Assembly (NCBI GenBank): GCA_951406725.2
Contig: OX597817.1
Coordinates: 103,478,001-103,542,000, forward strand
DNA from: Octopus vulgaris
Lineage: Eukaryota
Direction: 5' to 3'
DNA: 64,000 nt
A program made the position numbers and the translations under genes. Under the pieces are notes generated by a model that ran no database searches, was not told where the DNA came from, and saw nothing but the letters and a program-made list of their open reading frames with translations. Below, piece after piece: positions 1 through 13,639 of this stretch. How positions within the stretch are numbered: position 1 is the stretch's first letter; each line of letters begins with the position of its first letter.

Positions 1-249
1 TTTTTTATTGTATAATATTTTTCATCTCTAACATCAACGACCACAATAACTGCCGAGCATTTATTTTGGTTTTGCTACTTGCGAATTTACTTCCTTTTTT
101 TTCACTGAATTCATTAGATATGGACAGACTTTTGGTTATGAAAATCAATTTCGATTATGATAATATATTAAGTGTGGATGGTACTAATATTGTAGTGACA
201 TGCAGTGCTGTTGTGATGATTCCAAAAGCGTAGTGCACAAGTATAATAA

Positions 250-1080
250 AAACTGTTTTCCGTCCGGATTTATTTCATCAAAAGAAGCGCAGCAGCATCA
301 TATGTGTCTAGTTTGTTGTGAAATTGACAAGCCAGATGATGGTTTCAAGTGAGCAGCAAAATTACTTCATTCAAACTGCCCCTCCTTATATATAAGTACT
401 CTACTAAAACTTTTAGCTGACTCATGATTAATTAAGCACACCGAGCTATATATTTTATCAAGACAAAGCTCCAAGCTTTGTATAAACCGAGGTAAAAGTC
501 TAAAAAATATCACACATTTGCCAAATCAGCAGTTTTCCCAGTATTTGTAAAATTGTATATGTTTGGCGGGAAGATGGTAAAATATTTATCGACCTTATGT
601 CAGATAACACCATTAGTTGATATAGGAAAGATATGACCCAAGATGTACCAGAAGTGATAGCTTCCTTTCAAACATTCGACTTTATATCAGTTGAAGAGGT
701 GAGCACTTAATAGGGTTGTCTGTAATACAGAAATCATGGAACTGTCTTTTGTTTGTAAGCCACTTCCATAAACAACAAAAAGCAAATACATTTTTGATGT
801 CGTTAACATCTTTTCGTTTCTCGTGATTTACCATTGATAGTATGCATCGGCATCTCCATAAACAGTGCTAATATCCCCTCTATGTAAGTAGAAAGGATTC
901 TCCGCACTGATAAAACGAAAGAAAACAGTAATTGTTTTTAAATACTTCCCCTACAGTAAAATCTTTACTTCAAAATCAGTTAACGCTCAACTAAAAAAAA
1001 AGAAAGCACTTGATGAGAATGTAAGAAGAATTAATTACAACAAAGCTAGACTATAAAAATCGAGGTTATTTTCTTCACTC
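250..1080 (+). mobile_element. Degenerate hAT (Buster/Charlie, ZBED5/SCAND3-like) transposase, 5' part
   Basis: Manual translation across frameshifts gives GFISS..MCLVCCEI (BED-like), MSDNTIS..DMTQDV, ELSFVCKPLP*TTKSKYIFDVVN and SRLFSSL. These match the Buster-type motifs LSDNTISRRI, FLFCKPL.TTT..DIF and SRLFS.L in the expected order. Confidence 0.6.
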
Positions 1081-1091
1081 TCGTTTTCCCG

Positions 1092-3530
1092 TTTTTTAAT
1101 TTTTTCTTTAATAAAGACTCAAACAAAGTAAGAAGCCACTTTGTGTAAGGACTATGAACAAGGAGAAATTAAGACGAACATTAATTAACTTACTTTAGAT
1201 TTGAAAAAGTCCAGGTTATAAGAAGCAGAAAACAATGAGAGTTCCAAAGTTTGGAAGTTCGAGAAAAAAAAAGCTACAACAGTTAAAAGACTTCCTTATC
1301 CGTGGAAGCACAACAGCATTTGGATGAAGATGATGTACGTTTCGAGTCAGGCGAGATGTTACAAAGTGATCTGGAACTAAGAGAGGAAGTTCCTCAGAGC
1401 ACTTCCTGTGGCAATACTGATAAAAAAGGATAAGATTGGTGACGCCATATGGATGTAAGAAGGGTTGCAGAGGGACCAATCAAATTAGAGACTCGCTTCT
1501 GAACCCGGTTGAGGAGATTCAAGTGACAAGACGGTGCTCCTGTCCGAATATGACAACAGTATTCCATACAAGGACGAATTGTTTGGTTACAAAATAACCT
1601 CAAATGTCAAGTAGACTTTTGACCTATACAATGATCCAGCCTTACGGGAAGCAAACCTACAAATTGACTGTATGTAAGAAAGATGGGGAGAGAAAGTAAG
1701 ACCAAGCAGTTTCAAAGAAGACTTTTCGTCAAGTAGTTTGACTGTGTCATGGGATACCTCAGACCTATAACTCATGAACATGGGTGGAAGATAGGGATTC
1801 CGATTCCTAATGAAGGACACGAGTTTGGTCTTTCCAGGGTTAAAAGTTACTAGCCACTTCTTGCTCCATTTCTTAATAGCCTGTAGATCCACCTCAAAAT
1901 TAGCAGCAAATTCCAAATGTTTCAAGGGAGAGGGATTGCCAGGAAAATCAGAATAATGAGTAGTAACATCAGCATAAAAACCGATGAATTGGTGAATATT
2001 AGCAGGATGGTTTTTGATGAAGAAAATAGAGTTGGACCAGTGTTCATTGAGGAGCACTGGTAGTAACAGAATACTCAGAAGAAATAACATCTTCCAGCCA
2101 CGCTTACACAACGAGCAGAAAAGAACGATCTTCTAACATCAAAGACCTTTCTACATACACCATAGGTAGAGAATTTAAGGAGCAAACCAGCATGCCAAAC
2201 CCCATCAAAAACTTTGGATATATTAAGATTTACAGCACGCGCCGCTCCTGATTTATCCATAAATTGATATATGCGATCTGTAATAACAGTCATAGGATCA
2301 GTAGTAGAACGAGAGAAAGCCATACTGAACATACTGAATTTCTTGAAGTCCCAAGGCTTCAAGAAATTCAACCAACCTGTTGTTTCTGAGTAGTTCAAAA
2401 ATCTTGCTAACAACCAAGGAAAGACCTGCTGAAGGATATTTGTTTGGAGCAGAAGGCTCATCATCAGACTTAAAATTAGGACAACGTTACATACCTTCCA
2501 GCGAGATGAAAAACAAAATTTAGTAAGACGCAGATTAAATAACTTAGAAATAGCAAAGAAGACACCTGGGGAGTACACTGTTTCAAGACAACCACAGGAA
2601 TGTGTCAGGACGAGATACTTTAGACTGATTAAGCCCATCGATCACTCTAGCCAATAAGTTCGGAGTCATAACTACAGAATCAAGAACTTGTTCTGTATAG
2701 AACAGGTATCCAAGTCATCAAGGATAGAGTTAGCAGCAAACAAACAAGTAAAGTGGTCAGTTGTTTTTCTATGGAAGACCTAAAACATCTGGCACTATCA
2801 AAAAGTGGGGGCACAACAGAATTACCATAACTGATAACACTATTGTATATATTTTCCAAAAGTCGCGACTTCCAAGCCTCTGTGAGGCTATGTATTCACA
2901 GTTCCTGCATACATAAAAAAGATTTAGCATCAGTAATAGACCTTTTACGTGCATTGCTGGCTTACCGAAAAGTGAGCCGAGAAAAAGAAATTTCGATGAG
3001 CAATAGCAGATACATACTGTGCCTTTGAACCAAGGCGAAAATCGAGGCTTTTACCTGAAATTGCGAATAAAAGTGTCAATACCAATCTATACTCACTCTG
3101 TGAATTCGGCTACAGCATCAGAGGCTGCTTTCCCAAAGACACTTTTCAAATGAACATCTTGAAGAAAGGAACGAAATTCATTCCTATCAACCTTTGTGAA
3201 GTGGAAAATCTTACATTGATAGGGTTTATCTACATCAGCGACAGTAACAAATTCAACATTGACAGTGACTACTGCATGATCCGATTAACCAAAAGGAGGG
3301 AAAGAAGTTTCCAATTTTCTGGAACAGAAGTCAGGAGATCAAGCAAAGAAGTGCCAGTATCACTGTCAGGAAACCTGGTTGGGAAGTCAATGATCTGCCT
3401 GAGATCATGAGCCAGAGAGAAATTATACGAAACTACTCTTGGTCCGTCAGTGACCATTGAAATCACCAAATACAAATACATTGACAAAAATATGGGTTCC
3501 CAAGACCCTATCAATACCCTAAGATACAGC
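1092..3530 (-). mobile_element. Degenerate CR1/Jockey-group LINE (APE endonuclease + RT), 5'-truncated
   Basis: ORF fragments: LRQIIDFPTRFPD..SLLDLLTS (APE), LNISKVFDGVWHAGLLLK, FYADVTT, KWSKKWLVTFNPGKTK, LLGLTF, IRPCMEYCCHI. A-rich 3' tail near 1092-1107. Confidence 0.85.
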
Positions 3531-3544
3531 CCTGATAACTAAAC

Positions 3545-4150
3545 GAGAGTCAGAGTACATTGCTCTTTCAAAGTCTCTAATTAAGCGAAGAAATTCTATC
3601 TTTATTTTTCGTGTTTGAGAATTTTGTGTTGGCTGCTCTGTTTAAGGAGGAGAAGTGCAATGACGTTGCATCTTTAGCATTCTCCAACCATTGAACTAAC
3701 TCAATATGGATGTGCAGTTGTGGAAAGTTCATATAAATAGACAACAAAACTTAATTGTTTGAGTTAACGAAATCTTGTAAGCTGGACTTCCGTTGAACTA
3801 ACTCTACAAAATTTGTCATTGTTGTGTAAAAATATTGACCAGCATTTTCCGTTATTTCATGTAACTTCTTTGTGCTATGTGTGTGAATCGTTCATGTAAA
3901 AGTGTGCCAGTCAGTAAAATTTACTATTTCAGAAGATGAGTTGACGGATTTCAAAAATAACAGAGTAATGAAACTGGTTGTATGTAAAGCAGGACTAGCC
4001 CATCATTGCAGTGAAAACACTTAAATCACTCCTTCTTTCTCAACTGTATATCATTGTGAAGGTGGATTCTATGATACGATTAAGGAAAAGTATAGATTGC
4101 AGCGCCCATCACTACAGGAAGACAACCATCTGACCCAGTACAAGCTTTCC
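3545..4150 (+). mobile_element. Degenerate hAT transposase, 3' part with dimerisation domain
   Basis: LQPLN*LNMDVQLWK, EDELTDFKNNRVMKL and FSTVYHCEGGF..IKEKYRL, compared with hAT LPF.TTYLCE.GFS..IKTKYR.RL. Continues the 250-1080 remnant. Confidence 0.6.
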
Positions 4151-4719
4151 ATAAATATTACATGATTTTCCGTTTGTTCATACTTATATTTTGATATAAT
4201 TCTTCTTCCCTTTATATTCAGTGCAAATAGAATACGATAATGTATACCAGCTACATTGTTTTCTATTTAATGAACAAAGTGTGATATGAGATGGTCACAT
4301 TATTTTATTTTGCGCAGAAAATGTTAACACAATGGTTAGAATTTTAGTCTACTTCTTTCGTTGTAATCCAGAGATGAGAGCGCAGTTCGCTACACCTACA
4401 CCAGTATTACTATAAAATGTTTACACTTTTACCCCATCACTATAGTTTATGTCTAGAATGTGTGGGTGCAATCAAACTTTTCACCGTTGCATGCATTTTC
4501 CTTTTCGGTACAGTGCAAGGCATATGTCCAACAGTGTTTTAAAGCAATATTTACATACTTCTACTTTATATTAAGGAATATCTTTAAAACAGACGGTGCT
4601 GTAGAACTTATTCTGTGTTGTGTGTATGGAAAAAGCTGCTGCATGTCTGGGTAGCCAGAAATAATGTGGGTAATTCTTCATTTTATTGCATAATCTGCAT
4701 TTGTTTTATTATTTCATTT

Positions 4720-4814
4720 GTGGCTAGGAATTGATACTGTATACCTAAAATCATAGAGTTCGTTTCTGTTGTTAGTTCAGTGCTTTTAAGTCATTGTGGA
4801 CTTTCATTTTGGCT

Positions 4815-4852
<38 letters not shown>

Positions 4853-7120
4853 AGTTTCCTAGAGTAGAGACCATGTAGTTTTTTTATTATAAACTTTGAT
4901 AAATTTACGAATTCCTTTTTGTTCTTGTCTTTTGTTTATTTTCTCTTCCTTTGTAACTTTTGGCCAAATATAAACCTTTTTCTTCGGAATAGTTAGCTTC
5001 TAGTTTGTCCGTATATATAAAGAAATTATTTATTCTCCTTCGTCTTCCCTTATTACACATATGAGTCTCACATTGTGTAATTTTAAGTATTTTGATAGTT
5101 CCGCAGCTGTTACTTTTGAGTAGTACTCTGACTACATCAAAGCCTAAACTCCCTGTCTGAGGAATTCACTTAACATTCAGTTTATTACGTTGAAACTGCA
5201 GTGTACAAACTCCACTTTTTATAAATATACTTATTTTTTATTTGATGTATAAATCTGAACAGTGTTATGATTTTATTTCATTATGTTAATTATTTCCATT
5301 ATGTCCTTGATTTCCTTCCTTAGTTAAGATCGTTAAAACAGTAATGCAGGAATACATATCGAGACAAGCAGAATGATATTATCGATTATCTTATTTCGAG
5401 CCGTGAACTATTTTTTAATATTAGTCTGACACTTGTTTTCTAATTTTCTCCTTGATTTCAGTGCATTATATTATATCAGTTTCACTTCTTAAAGATCTGT
5501 ACAGCCGGTTCTTGTCTCATTCTCTGATTTCCATGTCTATTTCTAATTTATTGTTTTAATTAAATTGTCGTATCTCGTGGTTGTTTTAGCACATTAGTCC
5601 AGTCTCATACACATTTTTATAGCTTGACTGAATTCATGAACAGTTATTACCCTCAGTAAATAGTTTTAAGTCATCATGTAGAAGACATGTTTTAAAGTTG
5701 GTAGTTTCATTTAGATTTGTTAATGGCGATCAATCCTCGAAAGAAAAGAATAGGGACATCAGGAATCTCCCTGAAAGATACCTGATTATATGGGCATATG
5801 ACTGCTTTTAATCTTCTCTTTACGCCACAATGATATGGTTCTTTATCATTTTGTTATAGGTCTGTAGTTTTGATGGTCTCCGATAATTTTTGCTGGTGAT
5901 AAGGGAATGGGATTAATTTCTCTCTCCAGTAGTCGTTTATATTTTGACACTGGTCAGCATACCAGTTTATTGAATGTTACTGCGACAAATTTCTGGCTCA
6001 GATTACTTCAGCCAGAAATTGGAGATCTTTGTTTCGATCCCTTGAGATTTCAAATTTCGTGCAACTTATAAAAGTGCTGGAGAGTTCCTAACCGACTATA
6101 GTGAAGCATGAATTGTTATTGTATTTCTGAACTATTGTACTTTTAATTCTGTTGAATAGTTTTATTCCATATTCCATCGTTGAACTGCCGTTGCTTCATA
6201 TTATACGTTTCAACTGTTGTTGATATTAATGTGTCCTCTAGCGTTATTTTTCTCCTACTAATGTTCTTGCAAAATATTTTGTTATTTGATTCTCCTTGAA
6301 GCACTCAACTTTCTTGAAGTGTCTTTATCCTGCATGCTTTTGTTGATATGATTTGCTGAAGCTTTTCTCTTGCTTCCAGGTTATTTGTTTTTACTGAGAT
6401 ACTTTTAAGTATTCGCGTTTTTTTTTCTTTTTCGTGGTCGACCATTCCTTTTCTATTTCACTAAATAAAGAGAGAGCCTTGTTTTTTTTAAATTTTATGT
6501 GGCATATTTCTTTTACATGTTTTTTTAAGGTTTGTTTGAGAAATTTATCTGACTTTCCGAGGAGGAAACTTGACTCCTTCGATACTACAAATACTACTTA
6601 ATTGATTAAACTTATTTAATCTGTTGATATTCTAGTAATTTGTTTCCGTGGACGGAATTTCTTTCAGAACCCTGTCAGCATTAACTTATCGTATCGCAAG
6701 GCTGCTTGTTTGTCGTTTGACCAGGTGTATAGGTTGATCTATGTTCATCGATTTCTACTTTAATGTTTCTGTTAGGGCCTGGTAAATTTGGTTGATTTAT
6801 TTTGATGCGTGTATATTTATTGTACCTTGAATATTTCAAGGGACTTCATAATTTTAGATTTTAATTCTTTTCTTTTTCTTTGTATCTGTTTTGCATTTTT
6901 GCTATAATGTTTCATTTATTTCTAGTGTGGTGAATTTGGTAGTACTTTCATTGGTCATTTTTTATTGTTTTATGTCTTGTGTGTGGTTAGCTTCTGCGAT
7001 GATCTTTCAATGGCCATAATTTTCATCCGAAGTCATTTAATTTTTGTTTTATTTTCAGTGCGTATTCTTTTTATGAGCTGTTAAATTTTAAATATTGAAA
7101 TTGAGGTATCTTATTATAAT
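4720..7120 (-). mobile_element. Highly degenerate R4/Dong-like non-LTR retrotransposon (RT region)
   Basis: Reverse strand reads GIFQGDS*CP (~5750-5790), HVFYM.DLKL (~5660-5690) and FSQAIKMCMRLD*CAK (~5590-5635). Confidence 0.6.
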
Positions 7121-7249
7121 CTCGGAATATTCTGATGGTGCTTGTATTCGTATATTATTTCATGGTTTTACACCAAATTAGACATGCCTCTTATAGTTTT
7201 GGTCAGTGTTAGATACAGTAGTAATGCATATTTATTATTATTATATTCA

Positions 7250-8010
7250 TATACGCACAACAGATTAGTCTGTTGGAAAATAAAAATTCCTAACGTCGGG
7301 CAACAACAAGTAACCTTAGATGCCAAAAACGCTCCTTAGTATTCGAGCTGTCCTTTATAACAGTGTTTTATGCCTATTTCCTCTATCCATTTGCTCAAAT
7401 CTTTAGAGATAGTTCCTAATGCACCTATAACTACAGGGATACATTTTACACGCACTTTCCATCCTCTTCCTCCTCCTCCTCCTCCTCCTCATCATCATCA
7501 TCATCATCATCATTATCATCATCATCATCATCAGTTTCATGTATGTAGAGTTACTATCTATACATCAGAGCGCCTGCGGTTTTATACAACATTGTTTCTG
7601 GCAAATACTGGATTGTGTCTGCAAAGTATATAAATATTTGCATTGTTGTGGGGTTCACTCTGTTGATTTTGTTGTTATTTTGATGCTTCGTCTGTTGTGT
7701 TACTGCTTGTTGATGATTCCACAGAGTATATGTAGAACATTGTACATTTTATTATGTAGTTTCTCTGTAGAGAACTAGTGTAAGCAGAGAATGTACACTA
7801 TAAGTTGTGTAGTTGAACTGAAAGTGTCTTGTGTAGGATATGGGCAGTACCTAACACAGCGAGCTGTTATGACCTTGTATAATTGTATATTTTTGTTCAT
7901 ATTTTTTATGATATACAATATTCCAAATTTACATAAGAATGTGTGTTACCTTCATATTTCTATTTCTAGGTCCTTATGCTTTGGTTGTTCCTCTATTTCC
8001 TTTCATGCAA
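7250..8010 (-). mobile_element. Two R4/Dong-like 3' (RLE) fragments separated by (CCT)n(CAT)n and other sequence
   Basis: IPVVIGALGTISKDL...TARILRSV at ~7330-7440 and LGTAHILHKTLS at ~7815-7855. Confidence 0.6.
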
Positions 8011-8025
8011 TATTTAAGTGAAAAA

Positions 8026-8430
8026 GGGCGGCGAGCTGGCAGAAACGTTAGCACGCCGGGCGAAATGCGTAGCCGTTCTGAGTTCAAATTCCGCCGAGGT
8101 AGACTTTGCCTTTCATCCTTTCGGGGTCGATTAAATAAGTACCAGTTACGCACTGTGGTCGATAACATCGACTTAATCCGTTTGTCTGTTCTTGTTTGTC
8201 CTCTCTGTGTTTAGCCCCTTGTGGGTAGTAAAGAAATAGAAATAGGTATTTCGTATGCCGTGTCATTCTGAGTTCAAATTCCGTCGAGGTCGACTTTGCC
8301 TTTCATCCTTTCGGGGTCGATTATATCAGTACCAGTTACGCGCTGGTGTCGATGTAATCGACTCAATCCATTTGTCTGTGCTTGTTTGTCATTTCTATGT
8401 TTAGCCCCTTGTGGGCAATAAAGGAATAAA
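8026..8430 (+). mobile_element. tRNA-derived SINE family 1 (8026-8250) with tandem partial duplicate (8262-8430)
   Basis: Head GGCGGCGAGCTGGCAGAAACGTTAGCAC, B-box-like GAGTTCAAATTCC, central GCCTTTCATCCTTTCGGGGTCGA. The body is repeated immediately downstream, and there are many dispersed copies in the window. Confidence 0.85.
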
Positions 8431-9072
8431 TATTTCAGTGAAAAGGATTTGTGATGCCTAATACAGTACAACCATACCATATTTTACCCTGTTCTTGATT
8501 ATTATCTCTGGACTGTTTGAATTATCTCCTTGACAATCGCAATAAGCATGTTTTGGGTGATGGTGGCAAAGTAGTTATAGTATGCCGTATGTTGTTGGAG
8601 TTTATGCAAGTTTTTTCTTATCCTTCTACACGTTAAGTTGTCAATATATTGCGCAGTGAACGTAGACGCCGGCTTGTTCATGTCTGTAATTAAACTTGGA
8701 TTCAGCAAGAACTGGTTGATCAAACCTCATATGATCAACTTCTCGTATTGGTTGCATAAGTCCGTACTTCATGTTAGTTTTTATTTCATTATTTCATTAG
8801 CTTATAGTTATTTTTAGCTACTTGTTAGTCTTGTGCTGTTAAAATCAGATTTATTTTCTTTTTCCTCGAGCCTTTGACTCATCGTTGGTTTCGACTCTAG
8901 TTTACTTACTCTCTGCCAAATCTTAAAAACAAAAATCGAAACTTCTTCCTCCTTTATGGTCCTTATGGCTTTGATAGTTTATCTACTTCCTGGAGAGACT
9001 GCACTCAGTTTTTCAGTTCTAATGTATGTTTTATTTTTGAACAGTTTCTGTTGGTTCGAAAGTAAACATTTT

Positions 9073-9322
<250 letters not shown>

Positions 9323-10047
9323 ACCCTGTTGTTGATGTTGAAATTTCAGTGAAGGAGCCTTGCATCTACGTTAGAAACCGGCTCTTTCCCTATTGGCAAG
9401 AAATTTTGAAATAAAACTGAACAATGTCATACATATATGTAATATTTTTCATATTTCCATATAATACAAACCAGTTTATTTTTGCATGCTTCTAAGTGAT
9501 TCTCTTGTCCAAGTGTTGTTACCTTGTAGAAACTGTCGACTTGTATCAATAGTTATGCAGAGTTCGGTTTCATCTTTTCAGTTTATTATGTGAACGCTGT
9601 AATTTATAACCAAGATGGCTAGTATATTTATACTTATTATCTTGTTGGTAACACTGAGTTCAGTTTTAATACAAGTATGACTTCTTGTAACACTTTTCTA
9701 ACATTTTATCAGTTTCATCTGCTTCTGGTTATTTTTATGAGTGGTTCAAGTCAATTTATTTCATTTCGATGTCTGTATCAGATTGAATATTTTCAATTTA
9801 ATTTAGTTGCTCACTTCTCACAAAAGCAGCGATACATTTGTCTAATCCCATCCCAATTTTTATGAACAGTTTTTAGTATGTTTTTCCAGCTGGCTATTAT
9901 CCCTTGTAAATAGATTTATGTTTTCGATTTAGAAGAGATGTTTTATAGTTGCCTATAGCATCTATAAACATTAGCGATTTTACTCAACATATTTCTTAAT
10001 TGAGTCAGAGTTTGGCAAAAGAGTAGGAGTTACTATTATTATTAAGA

Positions 10048-10245
10048 AGACGGTGAATTGGCAGAAACGTTTGCACGCCGGGCGACATGCTAATCGGTAT
10101 TTCGTCCGCCTTGACGTTTTGAGTTCAAATTTCGCCGAGGTCGACTTTCCTTTTCATCTTTTTGGGGTCGATAAATTAAGTACCAGTTGAACGCTGGGGC
10201 AGACTTAACCCAAATGTCAGGCCTTGTGCCTATAGTAGAAAGGAT
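10048..10245 (+). mobile_element. SINE family 1 copy with (TTA)n tail
   Basis: Same head and central domain as the 8026 copy; ends GTAGAAAGGATTATTATT. Confidence 0.8.
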
Positions 10246-10549
10246 TATTATTATTATTATTGCTGTTGTTGTTGTCATTACCTGAAGCACCATCATCCTA
10301 ACTCATAAACTACGATACTGGTCAAGTACCTTGGTTGACGGTATCAAATTATTCCTGCTCTCAAGATTGCGAACTTAGCGACTAAACTAGAAACCTTTTG
10401 GCCCATACTTTCTTTGCTGAGAATGCAATACGGTTAATTGATTCTTCCCAACTTCCATAAATACTGCATTTACTTAATGTATTCTTTTTCATTAAGTATC
10501 TTTCATGGTTTTTTGCAAGAAGGCTTTGACTCTGCATCACAATCAAGAA

Positions 10550-11720
10550 AATTCTGTTTCAACGTCGAGTCCAGCACATCGGTAGGCTTGCGACTCAGAA
10601 CTTGAGAAGCAGCAGCGCCAGAGTTGTGGAGAGCAGGGTTGGCTTTCCTGTTAACATGCATCGGTGTGAGACTTGCTGGATAAGACTTGGGATGAGGCTA
10701 CGCGCTACTTGTCCACGTTCATCGAGAAATGGGCTAAGAAACTATCTCTTAAAAGTTGGAGAGAAGTGGAGGGCACTTACATCGTCTCCTATTTGTATAT
10801 ATTACAGTTTGGTCATTGCATCTTACTCCAATTTTTAATCTAAAAAGGCTGGATCATCTATTTCGCTTTTTGGGAAAATAGACGAGTTCTACTGGTCAAA
10901 GATTTTATTGCTACCAACACTCTGCGTAAAGAGTTCAGCATGCCGTGGTTGACTTGCACATATATACGCTGAAGCTGTGGAGTCTACAGTGATTTATAGA
11001 CAATGAGAAGGTGTAATAGCCATTTGAGAGGCACATTTATTCGCTGCTAGCCCCCATGAGGCTAGCAGTCCTTTGCGAAGTAAGGACAAAATTGAATGTC
11101 TAGTTATGAACTTGCTAGGAATTTTCTATCGGACTGTCAAAGCAGGCGGTGGTACAATAACCCATCAATTTATGGATGGCCAACGATAAGCAAGACCAAT
11201 GACCATTCCAAGGATATTCAGAGCATTGAGTATCAATCTAATCCTGATGACCAAGACTATTCCTGAGAGCTCACAACCCGGTTACTGTTGACAACTTCCA
11301 GAGATCTCTGGCCTGGAAGTGTTTACTAGAAGGTACTGCTGCCGGTCTGCTCAAATCTTTATGTGAACTGTAGCTCCGTGAACAAGGCTTGTTAGAGATG
11401 CGCGCCGAACGACGAAATCGCTGTACACGCACCTTTCTGTGCTCGAGCATTGCTGACTTATGAAGAGCTGGGGAGGCTGGTGACTGACATTTGTTGGGTG
11501 GATTAGAGTGCAAATCCATGTAGACACTTCCTCTTTAGCTAAGTCCGCATCAATATTTTCAAATGTCATTTGGAGAGGATTTAGGGTGGAGAGGAAGGAC
11601 AGTTATTATGCAGCGAACTTGCTTGAAGGTGAGTGAAGATATCGAGAACGACTAGCGTGGATTGGCCAGTTCTCAGCATGTAGCTATAAGCCGAAGAATA
11701 CAGGTGAGAAAAAACACATT
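10550..11720 (-). mobile_element. Possible very old LINE RT remnant (I/Ingi-like)
   Basis: Weak motifs in the correct order on the minus strand: FSPVFF, LGMVIG..RW, ILSLLRKGLLASWG (cf. LRKLAGTSWGA), LIVYKSL. Locally higher GC. Confidence 0.3.
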
Positions 11721-13639
11721 TAGTAATCAGGGGAATTCTGGATTTGTATGTGTGTGTGTGTGTGTGTGTGGGGTCCTTTATGTCCTATGCTGCTGTCTCG
11801 CTATTAGAATAACATCATTTCATTATATTTGTATGCTGGTTTTTGCCATGCGCATTTTTTGTCTTTCTCAATTGATTTTATCCTTCTGAGACATTGTTTT
11901 GGTAGTGTCCTACTATCCGAGGCTCTTGCGTCAAGTAACATAAATAAATAACAAAAACTACAATAATAATGAGGAGGATTAGGATGAGGATAAGGATGAT
12001 GATGAGGCTGATTATGACGAGAAGGAGGAAAGTAGTTGTTATTGTTGTTGTTCCTTTTATACTTTCTGTTGTACATCCTGTAGGTTTGGGTCCCAATTAT
12101 GGGACTTTTGCTTTTTTTTCTGTTTAATGTTTTAAGGATTAAGTCAAGTCTGTCAAGAACCTTTATCACAGATGGTACGAAGAGAAGCTTCTTTCAAACT
12201 GGAACCTTGGTACAAATCCTTAAAACAGAGGGGAAACCGCTAAAAACATCCAAGGAGCAAGTGGTGGTGTTAGACTGGCTCTGATATATTTGCCACCCAG
12301 GAACAAGAACAGTTTTCATATCTATTAAATTTGCATTACAAAGCTTTATTCTACCAAAGGCCTTGATAGAAGACATCTTCCCAAGATCTAAAACGATGGT
12401 ATCGAACCTGGAAGCCCATAGTTTCGATGTGATCTTAATTACACAGCCATGCCTAAAAGTGCTTTACGTAATATTGCTTGAAAATCTGTAAGCTAGTACA
12501 GTTCCTTATTTTATGGGTATGGAGGTACTTGTTGAATATTTATTTGACTGCCGCCTTTTGTAGGTTGAGTCTACATTCTTGAGACTATCTTTATGTTATA
12601 AAATATTATTACTACTACTTACTATTATTTGTATTAGTGATTTTCCTTTTTTCTGACGAGCACATGCTTTACGCTTACGATTGTTCTATAATTGATTTTT
12701 GTTTACTCTAAACCTATTTCACGGTGCATTAACATAACAATCAGATGTGATGAGGCTAATTGCTTCTGTTTTATTTATTTCTCTTTTTATCGATTTTAAG
12801 TCACTGCCGATTATTATTCCTATTCAGTGTATGTACTATTTCTTAGAGAGTTCTGTTAAGGAGTTACGTTCATCTTACTTTCTCTCCAAAACCCTCAACT
12901 TTTGTGTTTTGCACTCAATGTAAACGTTTGAAATGATGCTCCGGTACTACTTTCGTATGTATGTCACCGATTCATAACACTTTAACTTCTATGCAGCCAT
13001 ATTACTATTAATTAATTCATTTTATTACTGGTAGTATACAAATATACAGGATTTCTAATATGATCTGCTATCTTATGTTTTCATATAATCAATCCATCCG
13101 ATTAAATTCGGCATTTGCCATTTTAGGCCTTAGAAACTGACCCTTACACCATTAACGTTTTCTCTGCCATTTGTGCTACAATTTATACTACATTGAACAT
13201 AACTGATTTCTCTTCAATATAATCTACTTATTCTGTTTATGTCAATGATTTGTAAGTTTGCTTTATGACTTTTATGATTTAGACAGGCTTTATCATTACT
13301 GAATTTAGCGAATTGTGCGTCAAATATTGGGAGTTTTTAGTGACGGTCTTATACTGTTATCTCTTATTATAAATATATAATAAATGTCCCGATGTTTCAA
13401 TCAAAAGTTTAGAACTTTTTCAATTTACCACTTTCTCATTTTCATTAAGGCTATCTTGTTACTTGATATTTGTGTTTATAGTTGATCAGGCGTTAGCACA
13501 TTTGGTTTGTTGGTTTGTTTTATCTAAAATTTATACTGAATCGTTAAGTTCTTTTCTCGAATTTTATTTCAGAAATTTTAAATCCTTTTACATTTACATT
13601 CTCTTGGCACAAATTCCATTTTTCATAAATATTATTATC

